The position numbers and the translations under genes were made by a program. Under the pieces are notes generated by a model. That model searched no databases. It had not been told where the DNA came from and saw only the letters and a program-made list of their open reading frames with translations. A stretch of DNA of 64,000 bases from Basidiobolus meristosporus CBS 931.73 (Eukaryota; Fungi; Basidiobolomycota), in contig MCFE01000135.1 of assembly GCA_002104905.1 (NCBI GenBank), forward strand, positions 1-64,000. The letters run 5' to 3'. How positions within the stretch are numbered: position 1 is the first letter of the stretch; the number at the start of each line of letters is the position of its first letter. Below are positions 36,107 to 48,934 of the stretch, one piece after another.

Positions 36107-37689
36107 TGCAATTGCTTTGAGTCGCTATTATTTGTAATGATCCCAACAACCCATTTTTTTTGCGATCCAAATTGAGCCATTGCAAATCAGTGATCATCAA
36201 ATTTCTGATATAAGTAATATCAAGGTTGTCTCACATTTGAGACAGAACCCCTATAAATAAACACCCTGCATATATATACATCATCTGTAATACCAGTGCA
36301 GCTATTGGATCTGTTTGCACCTACCTGATTGCTTGCGTACTAGCTATGACACCTTGTCCAATCTCTAGGATCAGGAATTTACTTGCCCAATGGGCAAAAT
36401 GGGATACTTGATGGCAAATCAGGTAGCTTGTTTAGTAGTCAATGAGCCAATTGGGGGCTGCCAGCTTTAGGATACTTTTGGACCAATTAACCACTAAGAT
36501 ACCATCCAATTGGAGTGATGGTAACAAAAATGGTAAGTATCAGGGTAGTGTATAGTGTGATACACATTTATATCTGTTTATATTAAAGAAACATATCCAA
36601 ATACCAGATTTTACCTGCCATAATAGCAGTATCCAATGCACATGTGATGCAAACATTACAAGTTGGCGCAATCATCCATGCCAACCTCATCATGTCAGAT
36701 TATGCCATAGTGTGCAAGATTGTCCCACCTAGTGCAAAATTGTCCAAGAACAATCCTGCCTACTGGTGGCTATAATATTGCACCCAATTGTTCTTTACAA
36801 CTGCAGATTGCACTGCATGCCCTGGCATGGTACAATGGAACAAGTCTAATCAATGTACATAAATCTAAGATGTGGTTAAGTGTCAGGGATCAGAAAGTGA
36901 GAGAAATGGCAGAGGAACAATGAAAAGCTACTTATCAGTGTTGTGATAAGAAATTTTGACCAAGTTTTTTGTGAAATCTAGGGTAAAATTAATTACCAAC
37001 AGTCTTTGCCTAGTGTCCCAATGGGATCAATACCTCTTAGTTACAGGACTTCAATTTTGGGACAGCCTTTTGTCAGGATCATCAAAATTATTTCTCATAG
37101 GGCATAGGTTCATAGATGTGAGTGAAAGTGGCAAATTTAGGGCTGTAAATAAGTCCAGCAGTGACCATGACTAGTCCAGATTTGCAAATAAATTCTCAGC
37201 TGCAGATTGATATCAATTAGCTTGGTACCTTGACATTTACTCCTTAGCAATACCTCAGTGGTGCTCTAAGTCTTTATACAAGAGTTGCCAAAATATAGGA
37301 TGGTAAAGCCGGCACTGATTTTTATTCAGGTTCTAGCATCTGCATGTATACATTTTTCCAGTGCAAATATGGACTGATTGTGTTTCCCAATCTAGATTGT
37401 GGTTGATGAATCAAGTGATTCCATTTACAGCACCTAATTTAATAGTACTCAATAAATCTATTTCTATCAAATAAGAATATGCTCATTCACCTGCTGACTA
37501 AATCTATTAGTTTGATAGATAACACCAGTACACTGATTGGCTTAGCTCAAACCAATTGATTGCGCTAAATGCTGATCAGACTTAATCATTCAAGGAATAG
37601 ACCACACAACTTGAATGAGCAAGTTGTACCTTGTGTGGCTTGACCTTAATAAGCCATTTGACTTGCTGGAGATATTGGGTGAATTGGTA

Positions 37690-40140
37690 GGATATTACAA
37701 AGTATCTGCTTCATGGAATACTGATCACAGGCTTCAGTTAGTATTCATAATAATATGTGACAATACAATGCAAAGATGCAAAAGATGAACAAGTGCTTAT
37801 TCAAGTGGTATTCTGTGGCTTATCTCACCCACAGCTCATTAAGAATATTGGCCATATCTATAGCATATATACAAGGAGCTTGTAATGATATTTGAGCATC
37901 TGTACTAGAAGCATAAGGCTTCACCTTTTGGAAATTTCCCAGGCAGCAGATGTGTAGTAGGATAGAAAGGCAAGTTAAGTTGCAAGTATTACCATATCCC
38001 AGTTTTATAAAGAATATCACCTTCAAATCTGTTATGAATATGATGATTTGGCACATGGAGGTCAGCCAGTAGATGCCAAGATATAGTGAGGACAGAAGTG
38101 CATATGGAGACATTTATATTATGGCATTCAGAAGCTAAGCAGCCCCAATGCATGAGCTATTAGTCAAGTACTGCAAAGTTGGGATGGACACAACAAGCCA
38201 CTAACTCATATTTTGACAACCTTACCAAAGCATGTCAGGTTTAAGAGCTGTCCTCTATATGCCAACTCATCATTTCTATAACTGACTGGAAGACTATATG
38301 CTTGCCGGGATAGCAATTTGGGCTAAACCTAAGCCAAAGAAAAAGAATGTTATTGATAAAAGCTATCAGCTTCTAACAGAAGCTGTTACAAGCAGGGCTT
38401 AAAGCTCTAAACAAGGGGAGACAATTCTCAGGTGGCCAGAAACTGCCCAGTAAAAGGCAAGCTGGCACAGACAGATGCACCAGTAAAGCATTTTGCCACA
38501 TAAAAATGTTATAAGTAGAAGTATTGCAGCATCAAAGTACCATTGCAGTACCTGGTGGTGATAGGAATCAACAGCTTCTGCAAGAGCAGCCACAAGTATG
38601 GCTGAAAGCTCAAAAGAAGTGGCAAAAAAGCTTTGGTTAGATGGAAGAGTGCTGTGAGAGACAAGCAGGTGTGAACAGATTCACCAGTGCAGCAATTATC
38701 AAGGTGAAAACATTGTATAATAGAAGAAGCACTCAGTCAAAGCAGCAGTGAGAGACCTGGCAGTGATAGAAGATGGTTGCTTCCTCTGGTACCTGTCACA
38801 GGCATGATACAAAGCCTAAAATAAGTGGCAAACAAATATCAGATAGCCACACAAATGCTACAATGGGAGAGGCATGTAGAAGCATATGCACCAGTGCCAC
38901 ATCTATCACAGAGAGAATATAGTGCAATGCAACAAGTACTAAGTCAATATAGCAATGAAAAGCCTGGGAGTAATTAATGTAAAGCAAAGGAAAAAAGTCT
39001 ACTCAAGTCAAAGATACAACGGATGGAATACAAGTCAAGGCTATCAGCCTAGAGCAGTGTAAATCTCATAGTAGCCAAGAAATGGTAGTGTGAACACAAC
39101 ATTTATTGTTGCAAGAGTTAAAATTGCAGCCAGTTGAGCTACACTTCTGTAAGGTAGATGAATATGCCAACAAAGGCTTCTTCTTTACTACAGCCTCCAT
39201 GTCTTTTATTGTAGACTGAGTAGAGATCCCAGTGACAGGGATGACCCAATGTTAAGAAATCTGGGGACTATATTAATAACTATGGTAGAGTTTTGATATG
39301 TTGACAGGCACATCATGAGGATACAACACTTCTTCAAGAGCATAGCTTAAGAAAAGACACTTGAGTATTGCAGGTACCTATTACAAAGACTATCAGATCA
39401 GGTGCAATAGGCTTGTTCCATTGGATTTTGCCATGTTGAGCCATCAGTGGCAAATGATGCCATAGTGTGCCACAGAGGCCAAGTGAGCCTATACTTGGCC
39501 ACAGAGCCAGAAGCATATATCTTCATCTTTATGCAAAGCAGCCCCTGTGTTTCATCCATTGTGCTGGAGAAAAACCATTTCTTGCCCTTTTTTTGAGATC
39601 AGTATTGTGTATGATCTATGATAGAACAGAAGTACTGAGGACTTGCATCTAGTATTCAATACCCATGGCACTCTGAGTTTAGCTCCTGTGGCTTATAATA
39701 TGTCACAAAATGCATTGCACTATGTGGCACTATATTCAAATATCAACCCTAAATTATAATCTATACAGAGCACTTATAGTTCCAGATAGTGCCATGGGTA
39801 TTGCGCACCAGATGCATGTCCTCAGTCCTTCTGTCCTCATCCACATCATGTACAGCACTCATCCCAAGAAAAATTTAAAGAAGTGGATTCTCTCCCTCTT
39901 GATGGGTGAAACACAGGGGCTGCTTTTCATGACAATATATAACTATGTTTCATACTCTGTAGCCAAGTATAGGTCCACCTGGACTCCCTGGCACACTTTG
40001 GCATCATTTGGCACTCATGGCTCAATGTGGCACAATCTAATGGAACAGGTCCAATGGCTTGCAGTGACAGCCAAGCTCAAGGATCCATAGGAACCAGTAA
40101 ATGAACAATGGCATAAAGCCATGAGGCTCCCAAGTCATGG
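37690..40140. mobile_element. Internally deleted CMC/CACTA-like fragment (transposase piece plus ORF2), hosting MITE C
   Basis: 37820-38230 matches 54000-54370 in reverse. 38300-39400 and 40053-40140 match ORF2 at 25600-26600. Boundaries are approximate. Confidence 0.65.
39409..40052. mobile_element. Foldback MITE copy C (644 bp, older, one arm partly deleted, opposite orientation), TSD AAT
   Basis: Termini are AGGCTTGTTCC...GGAACAGGTCC, with AAT on both flanks. The spacer is the reverse complement of those in A and B. Confidence 0.82.
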
Positions 40141-40449
40141 GCTCAGAGCATCATAGCAAATTTACCTATCATACTTGCTCCTTTAGGTGAAGCCACAAAG
40201 TGCCAGTCAGCTCACAGTGCCAGATTGATCTTGTGTCCCATAATGCCATCCAGCACTATAATTTCTACCATGATATCAGTGGTATGATATAGTTACATGT
40301 ACTTTTACTCAATCTTGCTTATATTGCTCAGAATTGTGGCTATCTGGCTTTATTTTCTCTTCATGATGTTCCAGATGCAGTTTTCTAAGAGGATGTCTTT
40401 ATATAGGAATGCACAGTGCATTGATAAGTATCATGACTATTAAATATTA

Positions 40450-43425
40450 GTGCATCCTATGAGCAATTGGCCCTGACTCTAAATGACTAGTAGCTAAAGC
40501 TGTACAAGTAGCCTGTGAGCAGAAAGTGTAAGTTTCATCTACCATGATATCCTGATGAAGTGTGGATACCTGGTAGATATGGTATCTGATAGTGGGCATA
40601 TTCAATGGTGAAGACATTTAAAGGTTATCTGAAAAGGTTGCTGATCAAACACTTGAAAACTTTGGCACTCACCCTAAAGCTGATGGGGTCACTGCATGGT
40701 TTAGTGGACTATTTTGAAGTTGCTGACTAAGTATGTAAATGAATCTGTGAATGGATGGGGCCAGTTTATAGGCCAAGCTTTATTTGTCTGCAGAGTTGGA
40801 GTACATAACATTCCACAATAATCACCATTTTCCTTTGAGGACAAAGCATCTAAAAGTGCAGAAAGTATGAAACAGAAATCTGGTAAGACTATATCACTAT
40901 AGGTATTGACAGTTAAAACTGTGTATTGCTAAGAAAGAACACTTGTAAGAGGTTTGACAAAAGTAGTTTAAACCAACTATAGTTGGAAGCAGAGAATTAT
41001 AATCTGAAGTGTTGAAATTAAAACTAAAATAAATTTTCAAATATTAAAATTTCAATTTCACCTTGAGATACTTTGGCCTGTGCCTCTTGATGTAGTATCT
41101 CAGTTGCTGGTGTCTACTTGGCTTACTGAGTTCATTTAGTGGCTTGGCAATTCTCTGTAGTTGGCCTTTGTTGATATGGCAATTTGGGCATGCTTTCACT
41201 AGCTTCTCAGTAACTTGTTTCAATCTGAGCCACCATGCTCTAGCTTTGACAAGGCTATAGGTTCCTCCAATTCCAAGATGTCCATGACCATTGTGTAGCT
41301 TATGTATTGTATCCAGATGAGCAACATTAGGGCAATAGGTAATAAGGCTTCCATCAACAATCTGGTAGAGTGTTTGATCCTGTACTATATATTTACTGGC
41401 TTCATCCTGGATTATCTTCTTGATCTTGTCTTCCACCTAATAAGAAATGGCTTGGTCCTACAAGCATTTTGGTAATAAGCTAGGCCAAGCTGATTTATGC
41501 ACTAAGATGAGTTGTACAACCTGTTCTAGTCTAGATAGGGCATCAGCTACCATATTGATTCACCCAGGACTGCAGATAATCTCCAAATCAAGTTGCTGAA
41601 TATATTTACTCCATCTTGTCAATCATCTGTTCAGTATCTTCTGAGTAAATGTATTCTTGGGTGAGGCATGATCAGTCTTCAGAGTGCACTTGATCCTTCC
41701 AATGTAGCATCTCCAGGTCTTCAAGCAGTGTATTATGGCAAGCATCTCCTTCTCATGTGCTGGGTAGCTTTGCTCTGCTGAGTTCAGTTTCCTGGATTCA
41801 AAATCAACTGCAAAGTCCTTTCCCTCATGTTTTGGGCCCAGTACTCCACCAATTGCATAATTTGGAGCATCTGTGCACAGAATATATTCTTCTAGTAAGT
41901 CAGGTATTCTTAGGCTTGGCAGCTTAGCAAGTTCATACTTGAGCATCTGAAAGGCTTACATGCTATGCCCTACCTCAAGGTGTTGTCTCTCTTGAGGATA
42001 TCAGTTAAAGGGGTGGCAATGCTTGCAAAGGACCAGACAAACTCCAATAATAGCAAACTATTCCAAGGAATGATCTGAGCTCTGATATGCTATGGGGCTG
42101 CTTCAGATTTTTGATTACTTTGGCCTTTGTGGGATCTAAGGTCCCTCCTGTGCTGGTTACTATGTGTCCCAGGTATTCAATGTGTTCCTTCCAGAATTCA
42201 CACTTTGCTAGCTTGCCATAGAGCTTGTTCTCTCTTAGCTTCTTCAAGACCATTTCAATGTGCACCAAACAGTCCTAGTCTGTCTTGCTGTATATCTAAA
42301 TGTCATCTAGGTAGATTGCCACAGACTTGTCTAAGTGCTCCCACCAAATGATTTGCACTAAGGTTATGAATGTTGCAGGGGTATTGGTAAGGCAAAAACT
42401 AATGACTAAGTACTGGTAGTGTCCATTTCTGGTCCTGAATGCTGTCTTAGGGATGTCTTTAGGTTTCATGCAAATCAGGTTGTATCCTGGCATAAGGTCA
42501 ATCTTGCTGAATATGGTGGCTCCATTGAGTTTTTCCAAAAGCTCATCAATCCAAGGTATAGGGTACTTATTCTTCACAGTATCTGAGTTGAAGGCCTGTA
42601 GTCAAGCTTATCCTAAGTGTTCCATCCTTCTTTTTCAGAAAAAGCATTGGTGCTCCCCAAGGTGACCTGCTGGATCTAATATATTCTTGCACCAATAACT
42701 GATCTACTTGTCTTTTCACCTCTTTCCACTCCAATGCACTCATCCTGTAAGGAGTCTTACTCCCTGGAGGGCTATATCCTGTGTCAATGGCATGATACAC
42801 ATCTCTGACTGGTGGTAGACTTATAAGTTCTGTTGAAATGATTAGAAGCCCATCTAATTGTCAATATACTATGAAATAGCACTTAGTTAAATGACATAAT
42901 CCAGAATATTAACATAGAGATTAGCCTGGAAGATAATTGCCATTTATTGGAAATTAGTGAAGTACAGAATTTTAGGAAAATCTGAAACTTGTCCAAGTGA
43001 GCTGAAACTTTGCACATGTACTCCTGAGACCCCCCTCATATTGAGCAAACTGTTATATTTACATAGTTGTGCAATAAGTATAAATACTATGCAGCAACTC
43101 AATAAGTCAACAAGTAATTATCATCTAAATCTTATAATTCTCCATTTCACTTCCAATATATCCTTTCAATATTTCAACATGCTCATCTGGAAACATGTCT
43201 GAATACTCCTCCCAAAGAGTATGGACCTTCTGGGGTGCTGGCATAGAGTAATTTTCTTGTAATACCACCAGGCAGAACATCTGGGTACCTTTACTACGTG
43301 CTCTGTAGGGTTGTGTCTTGCTAAGTTCACTTGTTTGACACACACTGGAATTGACCAAGTTGAAATCCAGTCTGGCAGGAAATAGCTCATAGATACTGTT
43401 GTCCTTCTGGATATGAGTAGCAAGG
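40450..43425 (-). mobile_element. Ty3/gypsy element 2, pol part (RT, RNase H, integrase remnants)
   Basis: Motifs are IFSKIDLMPGY, VAIYLDDI, LCTDAPNYAIGGVL, YPAHEKEMLAIIHCLKTWRCY and the integrase HxxxGHLG...CPNC motif. It continues at 55261 beyond CMC copy 2. The left boundary is approximate. Confidence 0.85.
42831..43179. mobile_element. Solo LTR (349 bp) inserted in gypsy element 2
   Basis: Perfect terminal inverted repeat TGTTGAAAT...ATTTCAACA. It interrupts the linker before RT. The TSD is only partly matching (AGTTC/TGCTC). Confidence 0.65.
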
Positions 43426-44550
43426 CCCTATGAAAAATTATTGTGATGATCCCATCAAAGGCTATCACAGATTCTAAGTCCCACTACTAAGAGGTATTGG
43501 TTCCATCAGGACACTGTGCAAAGACTGTCAAAAAATAATTGCACCCAAGATTTCATAAAAAACTCAGTAAAAATTTTTCATCACAACAATACAAAAGCAG
43601 CGTTTGATTGGTTTTCTGCCAATTTCTTTGCTATCTTATCCCAAACACTCTATCACCTTCTATGTTTGTGTGCATTGATTGGCTATTGCCTATTTTTCAC
43701 ACTCCTTACTACCAGACTAAATCATTTTTCTTATTTTTCATGCATGCAGATTGATTTAATTCCATTGAAACTTCAGTTTTACCCCAATTGCTAATTGTAT
43801 TGACCTATACAAGTCCCTATGCCCTGTACTAACATTAAGCCCAACCCCACACTCAACAACTAACTCCATTGAAATCTACCACTCAATAAGTACTTCTGTT
43901 GTAATGCTCTGTTTCCACAACTTTAGTTGGATCCTAACAGCTTTATGCCAATGTTCATTCACTGGTTCCCACATGTCCTGGTCTTCAGCCAACACTGCAA
44001 GGTCTAGCACCTCATCTCTCAGTCCTTGCAATAAATCCTTGCAATATTGCAGTACATTCTCTTCAGTGCTGCTCTTGAAGTAGTGCTGCAACCTCTTGGT
44101 GTGCCTATTAATGTTCCATAACTCCACTGAAGGTATTGTGATAGTCTTTTGAGCTCTTGATGCTGTAGCCTTGTCTGTCAGTGGGGTCTCCACTCTGTCA
44201 ACAATGGAGGATATGGAGGCTCTGGTGGACAAATTGCCTTTCTCTGCCAAGTCATCTAGCTCACTGGAGTGTAGCTCAACTGGCTGTGCTTCCAACTCTT
44301 GTGAAAGCAGCTGTTTTCTTGTTGATGATTCTTCTAGGCTATGGTGGGATTTGGTTTGTTCTAGGCTCATGGTGTTAATTGGCAAGAAATGCAGCTTTTC
44401 TCTTACACTTCCCTGTCTCCACATGGGTAGACTTTTCCCCCTTTACCTTTGCCTTTATCACTGCCAGTTCTTTCACTGCTACTTTGTCTGAGTGCTTCTT
44501 GTATTGAGCTACATCTTCTCCTTGATGAATGCTGCTCTGATGCATCTATT

Positions 44551-44919
44551 TGTTGAAATTTAAGAAGTGATGTGGATATAAGGAACTTATCAAGAGATAG
44601 TGATAATTGTTGAACTGCTGTTTATTAATAAATAAGCTCAGTATTTATACCTTTGTAGAAGTAATACAGCTGTAACACTAAGTAAGGAGGGCTTCTCAAT
44701 ATTCAGAAGCATTTTGTAACAGTGTCAGGGTTAGTACATGATAGTTAGAATTAGTGCTAATTTGATCCTGACTATAAGGGAATAATCATAAGATCATAGA
44801 TCTGAAGAAAGTGGCAAAGTTAAAGCTGTAAATTAGTCCCACAGTGACCAAGACTAGTCCAGAATTGTTAAGTAAGATTTTAGCTGCAGAGTGATACCAA
44901 ATAGTCCAATATTTCATCA
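44551..44919 (-). mobile_element. Solo copia LTR (369 bp), TSD CTATT/CTGTT
   Basis: It is the reverse complement of the LTR at 60792-61158. The flanks rejoin to match the uninterrupted paralog near 63490. Confidence 0.85.
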
Positions 44920-46989
44920 CTGTTGTGGCCTGCTTGTCCCTTGCTGGTACTCTGCAGGCAACCTGACGCATCTCTCCCTCCTGTTTCAAGCTCTCAGCCC
45001 ATGCTGTGATTGGCTACTGAGGTGGCCACTTGTTTTATCACTGCAAGGTTGTTCACTGCTACTTTGACTGAGTGCTTCTTGAATAGAAGTAAACTTTTTA
45101 CTAGGTAAATGGAGTGCTGGTGTATTTGTGTCTGCCTGCTTTTCCCTTACCAGCACTCTTCCAGCTACCTGATGCCACTTTGCTGCCTGTTTGGAGCTTT
45201 TGGCCCTGCTTGTAACAGGCCTCAAGGAAGCCACTGGTTTTTAGCCATTTCACCCTTGTTCTTCTGCCTTTGATAGTTTCTACTATTCTTGAGATACTCT
45301 CTGAGCAAACCAATACTGGCTCAAAAACTGTTTGCTTGTTTGAATCCAGGATAATGCCCATGGAGCATGTCAAGCACATTCTGCTTGGTCTTGAGTTACT
45401 GATGGTCCCATGGTATGCCAGCCTTAACATCTGGGCATGCCAGACTTCCAATGGCCTCTTGAATATTAGCTCACTCTTCATCATTGCACTCAATGGCTTG
45501 ACAGATCTTCAATGTCTTTTGATTTTTAGGCTTTGGTTTAATTGCTACATTTTCTCACTCCCATGCTGGGATAGGCTTTTCTGTGAGCTTTATCTTTGGG
45601 CACTGTTGTTGTGCTTCAAAGACTATATGCTGTTCCTCTGCTGTTACATTGGGAGATGGCTCAATTCTTGGCTATGATATTGAGCTACTCAACTTCCTTA
45701 TTTGCAGCAATGATACTGCTATCTCCACCTGGGATATTGATTGGTCTACACATAATATCTGCTCATCCTGTTTCTACACTATTTCCTGATTTCTCTGTGC
45801 CATTGTATCTATTCAATCAGCCACTGCACCTAAATGCCTTAATAATCATTGATATGAGCCGACAACATACCTACCAATATAGGTGGTGGTGATTTTATGA
45901 CAGCCACTTGCAGGTCTCAACTGAAGGTACTGCTATTGCTACATTTGCATCTGCCTCAGCAGTATGGTAAGCTTGTGGCTCTGCAGAAGTTCCAAATTGC
46001 CTACTTAACTGAGAACCTGAGGAGTCTGCATTATTCCACTCAGTGGACACCATCCACAGGGTCTTTTTTGGTTGTTGCCCTGCTTGTTGCACTGAATATC
46101 ACAGCAAGCTATTGTCCAGCTGCTCTTTGGCTAATGTCAGTGGCAAGGTTTGGTTGGGAACCAGACAACTTTGCTTTATTTTTTGGCGGCATGTATATGG
46201 AAGTAAGTCAGACCAATGGGAAATGGTCTTACAAATACTTGAATATTTAGTGCCACAACTATGTTTATAAAGCTTACTCTGGCAGGTCATCTTTGAATCT
46301 GACATTCATGTAGATACAGTGTCTCAAATACAAGACTGTCTTAAACTCACATGAATATTGACAAAAAAGTGATGTAATAGAGTTACATTGTTGAGTGTCA
46401 AACTGATTGCCCCATGGACAAGACCACTTTGATTCATTGCCATAAGCAAGGAGAAAAATGACCTGGTGGCTATTGTAGCAAGCCTCTCAGCCATGAGGCA
46501 TGCAGGGAGCATAGGAAGTGTTAGACAAATCATGGCCAGTGCTTTGCCACACAAGTCATATTGACTAGTCACCAGTCACTACTGTACAAACAATATCTTG
46601 CCAGCCTCTTCATACTTCTATAAAGCATCTGGCTGCACTTATTGCCTTACATAAACTGAATCAGGACAGTTTGTGATGCCTTTAGGCTCACCCCAGCCTC
46701 CTGAATATGGGCTGCAGAGTGATAGCTCTACAGAAGCAGGCTCACTGACGGATTGTGAGCCTGTCTTCCCTAACAACAGTACCTTGCATGAGCCCAGCAG
46801 AATCCTATTATGCAATGAGACAACACCTGGGAAAATTATGGAATCAAGTGAGCCCAGTAGCCCATCTACTGGTGAAGGGTGTGATGTTTTGGCTAGAGAA
46901 GTGTCTTGTTTCCACTAATATCAGTAATGAGGGCTTTGAGGTTTTACTACTACTACTTGCCAAATTCATCCCGGGATGCAACTTACCAT

Positions 46990-48059
46990 TGTGGTGGTGT
47001 ATAGGTCCAAGGGAGAGATACATCCAACACTTCTCAAGTGTTTTGTGTGTGGGGTGTTCACTGGGTGCAATAACCTCTGGTAAAAGCTTGCTAGGAATAC
47101 TTGGGTTCTGTCTCTAATCTAATGTGAAGGGGAATAAAGTCACAAGCTTGTCAGGAGAAAACTATTGAGCTACAATCCCCAACTTAGTTGGCGTCTTAAC
47201 AAAAGTATGTGCTGGGTTCAGTGTCCTTGAGATGACAATGTACTAAAGCTTCCAAGGTCAAAACAACTGTAAACTCCACCAGCAGGGACTTGATAAGAAT
47301 GCAGCTGTGGTCAATAGTTACAAAGACATAAAAGTATCTTTGCCTGTACAAGAACAAACTTGGGAAAAAATCAAATATAATAAAAGATACCTACTCTGAG
47401 TATTCCTCACAAGTAGTGCCTCCAAGGTCAGTTGGCTGTCAGCGCAGTTTCCTGGGAGTGTTCTGTGGTCTGGGGTTGGAAGTTCAGGTGGCAGCAGGTA
47501 GCAGTGATCACACTAATCAACAAGTTGGTATATTGATAAAAGGGATGATGACCTATTGTTGAGGGATAGCCTCCCTTATATACTTTTCTTACTGGCTAAG
47601 TGATTACTAATCATGGCGTTCTAGAAGGTTCTGCATATTAGTAGAAATCTTAATGACATAAGAATGACCTAAGAATGTTCTAGGTAGGTGCTGGAAGGTT
47701 CTAAGAGGCACAGCATATCCAACCAATCAGGAATCAGTACTCTGAAACCTGTGTAACATAGGGATACTATATATTGTATGGAAATGGTAGGGAAGGTGAC
47801 ACGGGTAGATCATGTGTCACAGGTACTGGCATGGGTACTTGCCTAATATAGAAGTACTTATAGCTAGTAATCTTACATAAAGTGAGGGGTAACTTATGCA
47901 ATAAGGTAAGCAGGTGCAATAGTAAACCGGCTTACGGGATAGTACTGATTGGGTAAGACAAATGGGATAAAACTAAAATAAGTGTAGTAGAGATATAGGG
48001 AAGTAGAAAATAAGGGAATGAGCACATCTGTCAGTGGGTGTCACTGTGACCCCACTACA
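46990..48059. mobile_element. Solo LTR-like insertion (1070 bp), TSD CCAT/CCGT
   Basis: Termini are TGTGGTGG...CCACTACA. The flanks rejoin to match the paralog at 63910-63950. 47149-47300 resembles 31628-31790 in the leader of gypsy element 1. Confidence 0.7.
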
Positions 48060-48934
48060 CCGTATACATGGTATAATTGGAAAACTGTCATGTGACTATC
48101 AACCTATGACTCAGTGACCATCCTGATACTAGCATGTGTTAACATCTGCGTGGCATTCACATCAGAAAGTGCCACCAATGCAAGGAGTTCAACTTGTCAG
48201 GAATCCACCACCATTGTGGGAAAACATTGTTCATACTCTGGATATATTCCGGTAATACCCTGTACAAAGAGACTCATGCAGTCCCACAAATATTGTGAAG
48301 CTATAAAGTACTGCACTTAGTACTAATCAAGCACAAAAATATCAGATATATTCAATGACAAACATTGCAGACAGTGTTGTAGCAAGGGCCACCTTGAAGG
48401 TATGTGTGACCATGCCTTTGCCTTTGCACTTGATGGATAGTCATTAAACAAGTACTCTATTAGCAAACCCTGCTGGCCACAGATTCTCATCAATCTGAAT
48501 CTGCTGCCTATTTTATGGTATCAGAGCAAAAATCTGATGGTAGTCTCACTGGTAGCTGGGACTAAATCACCATCCAACCTGGATAGCTACCCATATCCAT
48601 GGGTGGATGAGCTTGTATGCATTTCAGCAGGATACCAGTAAGTGGCTGTAATGTAAAAGAGCATATTATCTTCTGCATTGGAGATACCCCAGCCATCAGC
48701 CAAATAGGCAGCTTTTCTGGGTACAATGGACAATGTTACTGTTAAATATGTCAGATCCAAAGGACTTAGTCCATAAGTTACACATACTGTTATTACCCAA
48801 ACACCAACACTAATAACATAATCTTTCCACAGAGAGATTGTACACAGGTCAGTATGCAATTGCAGCAAGATTTGGCAGGCTATAAGCCATTGGTCAGAAT
48901 ATGGAATTATTTGGAGACTGTAGATCCGTAAGAT

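Larger units (their letters stand above)
32697..36847. mobile_element. PIF/Harbinger-superfamily (PHIS, Pangu-like) DNA transposon, about 3.4 kb native, TSD AAT
   Basis: TIRs are AGACTTGTTCTGTT / ATGGAACAAGTCT, with AAT at 32694-32696 and 36848-36850. The paralogous empty site near 43675 has a single AAT. It carries a DDE_Tnp_4-type transposase (minus) and a divergent ORF2 (plus). Confidence 0.88.
21754..37102 (-). mobile_element. CMC/CACTA-like DNA transposon copy 1 (about 5.3 kb native), degenerate, hosting a gypsy element and a Harbinger-type element
   Basis: TIRs are CCCTATGAAAAATAATT / AATTATTTCTCATAGGG. Tnp2/Transposase_21-type motifs lie on the minus strand (ALEGFSLHK...CWPLLLINLNL, NLDSYLYPLLDEL, CIGDTPSINKIPGFSGHNGQYCC; 22000-25000). 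A divergent second ORF remnant lies on the plus strand at 25600-26640. No TSD was confirmed for this copy. Confidence 0.8.

Noticed and set aside
21750-37106. TSD for CMC copy 1
   Set aside because: The flanks TTAT and CATA do not match as 4 bp (TAT/CAT is a one-mismatch 3-bp match), and the right flank does not continue the host copy, so no TSD is claimed.
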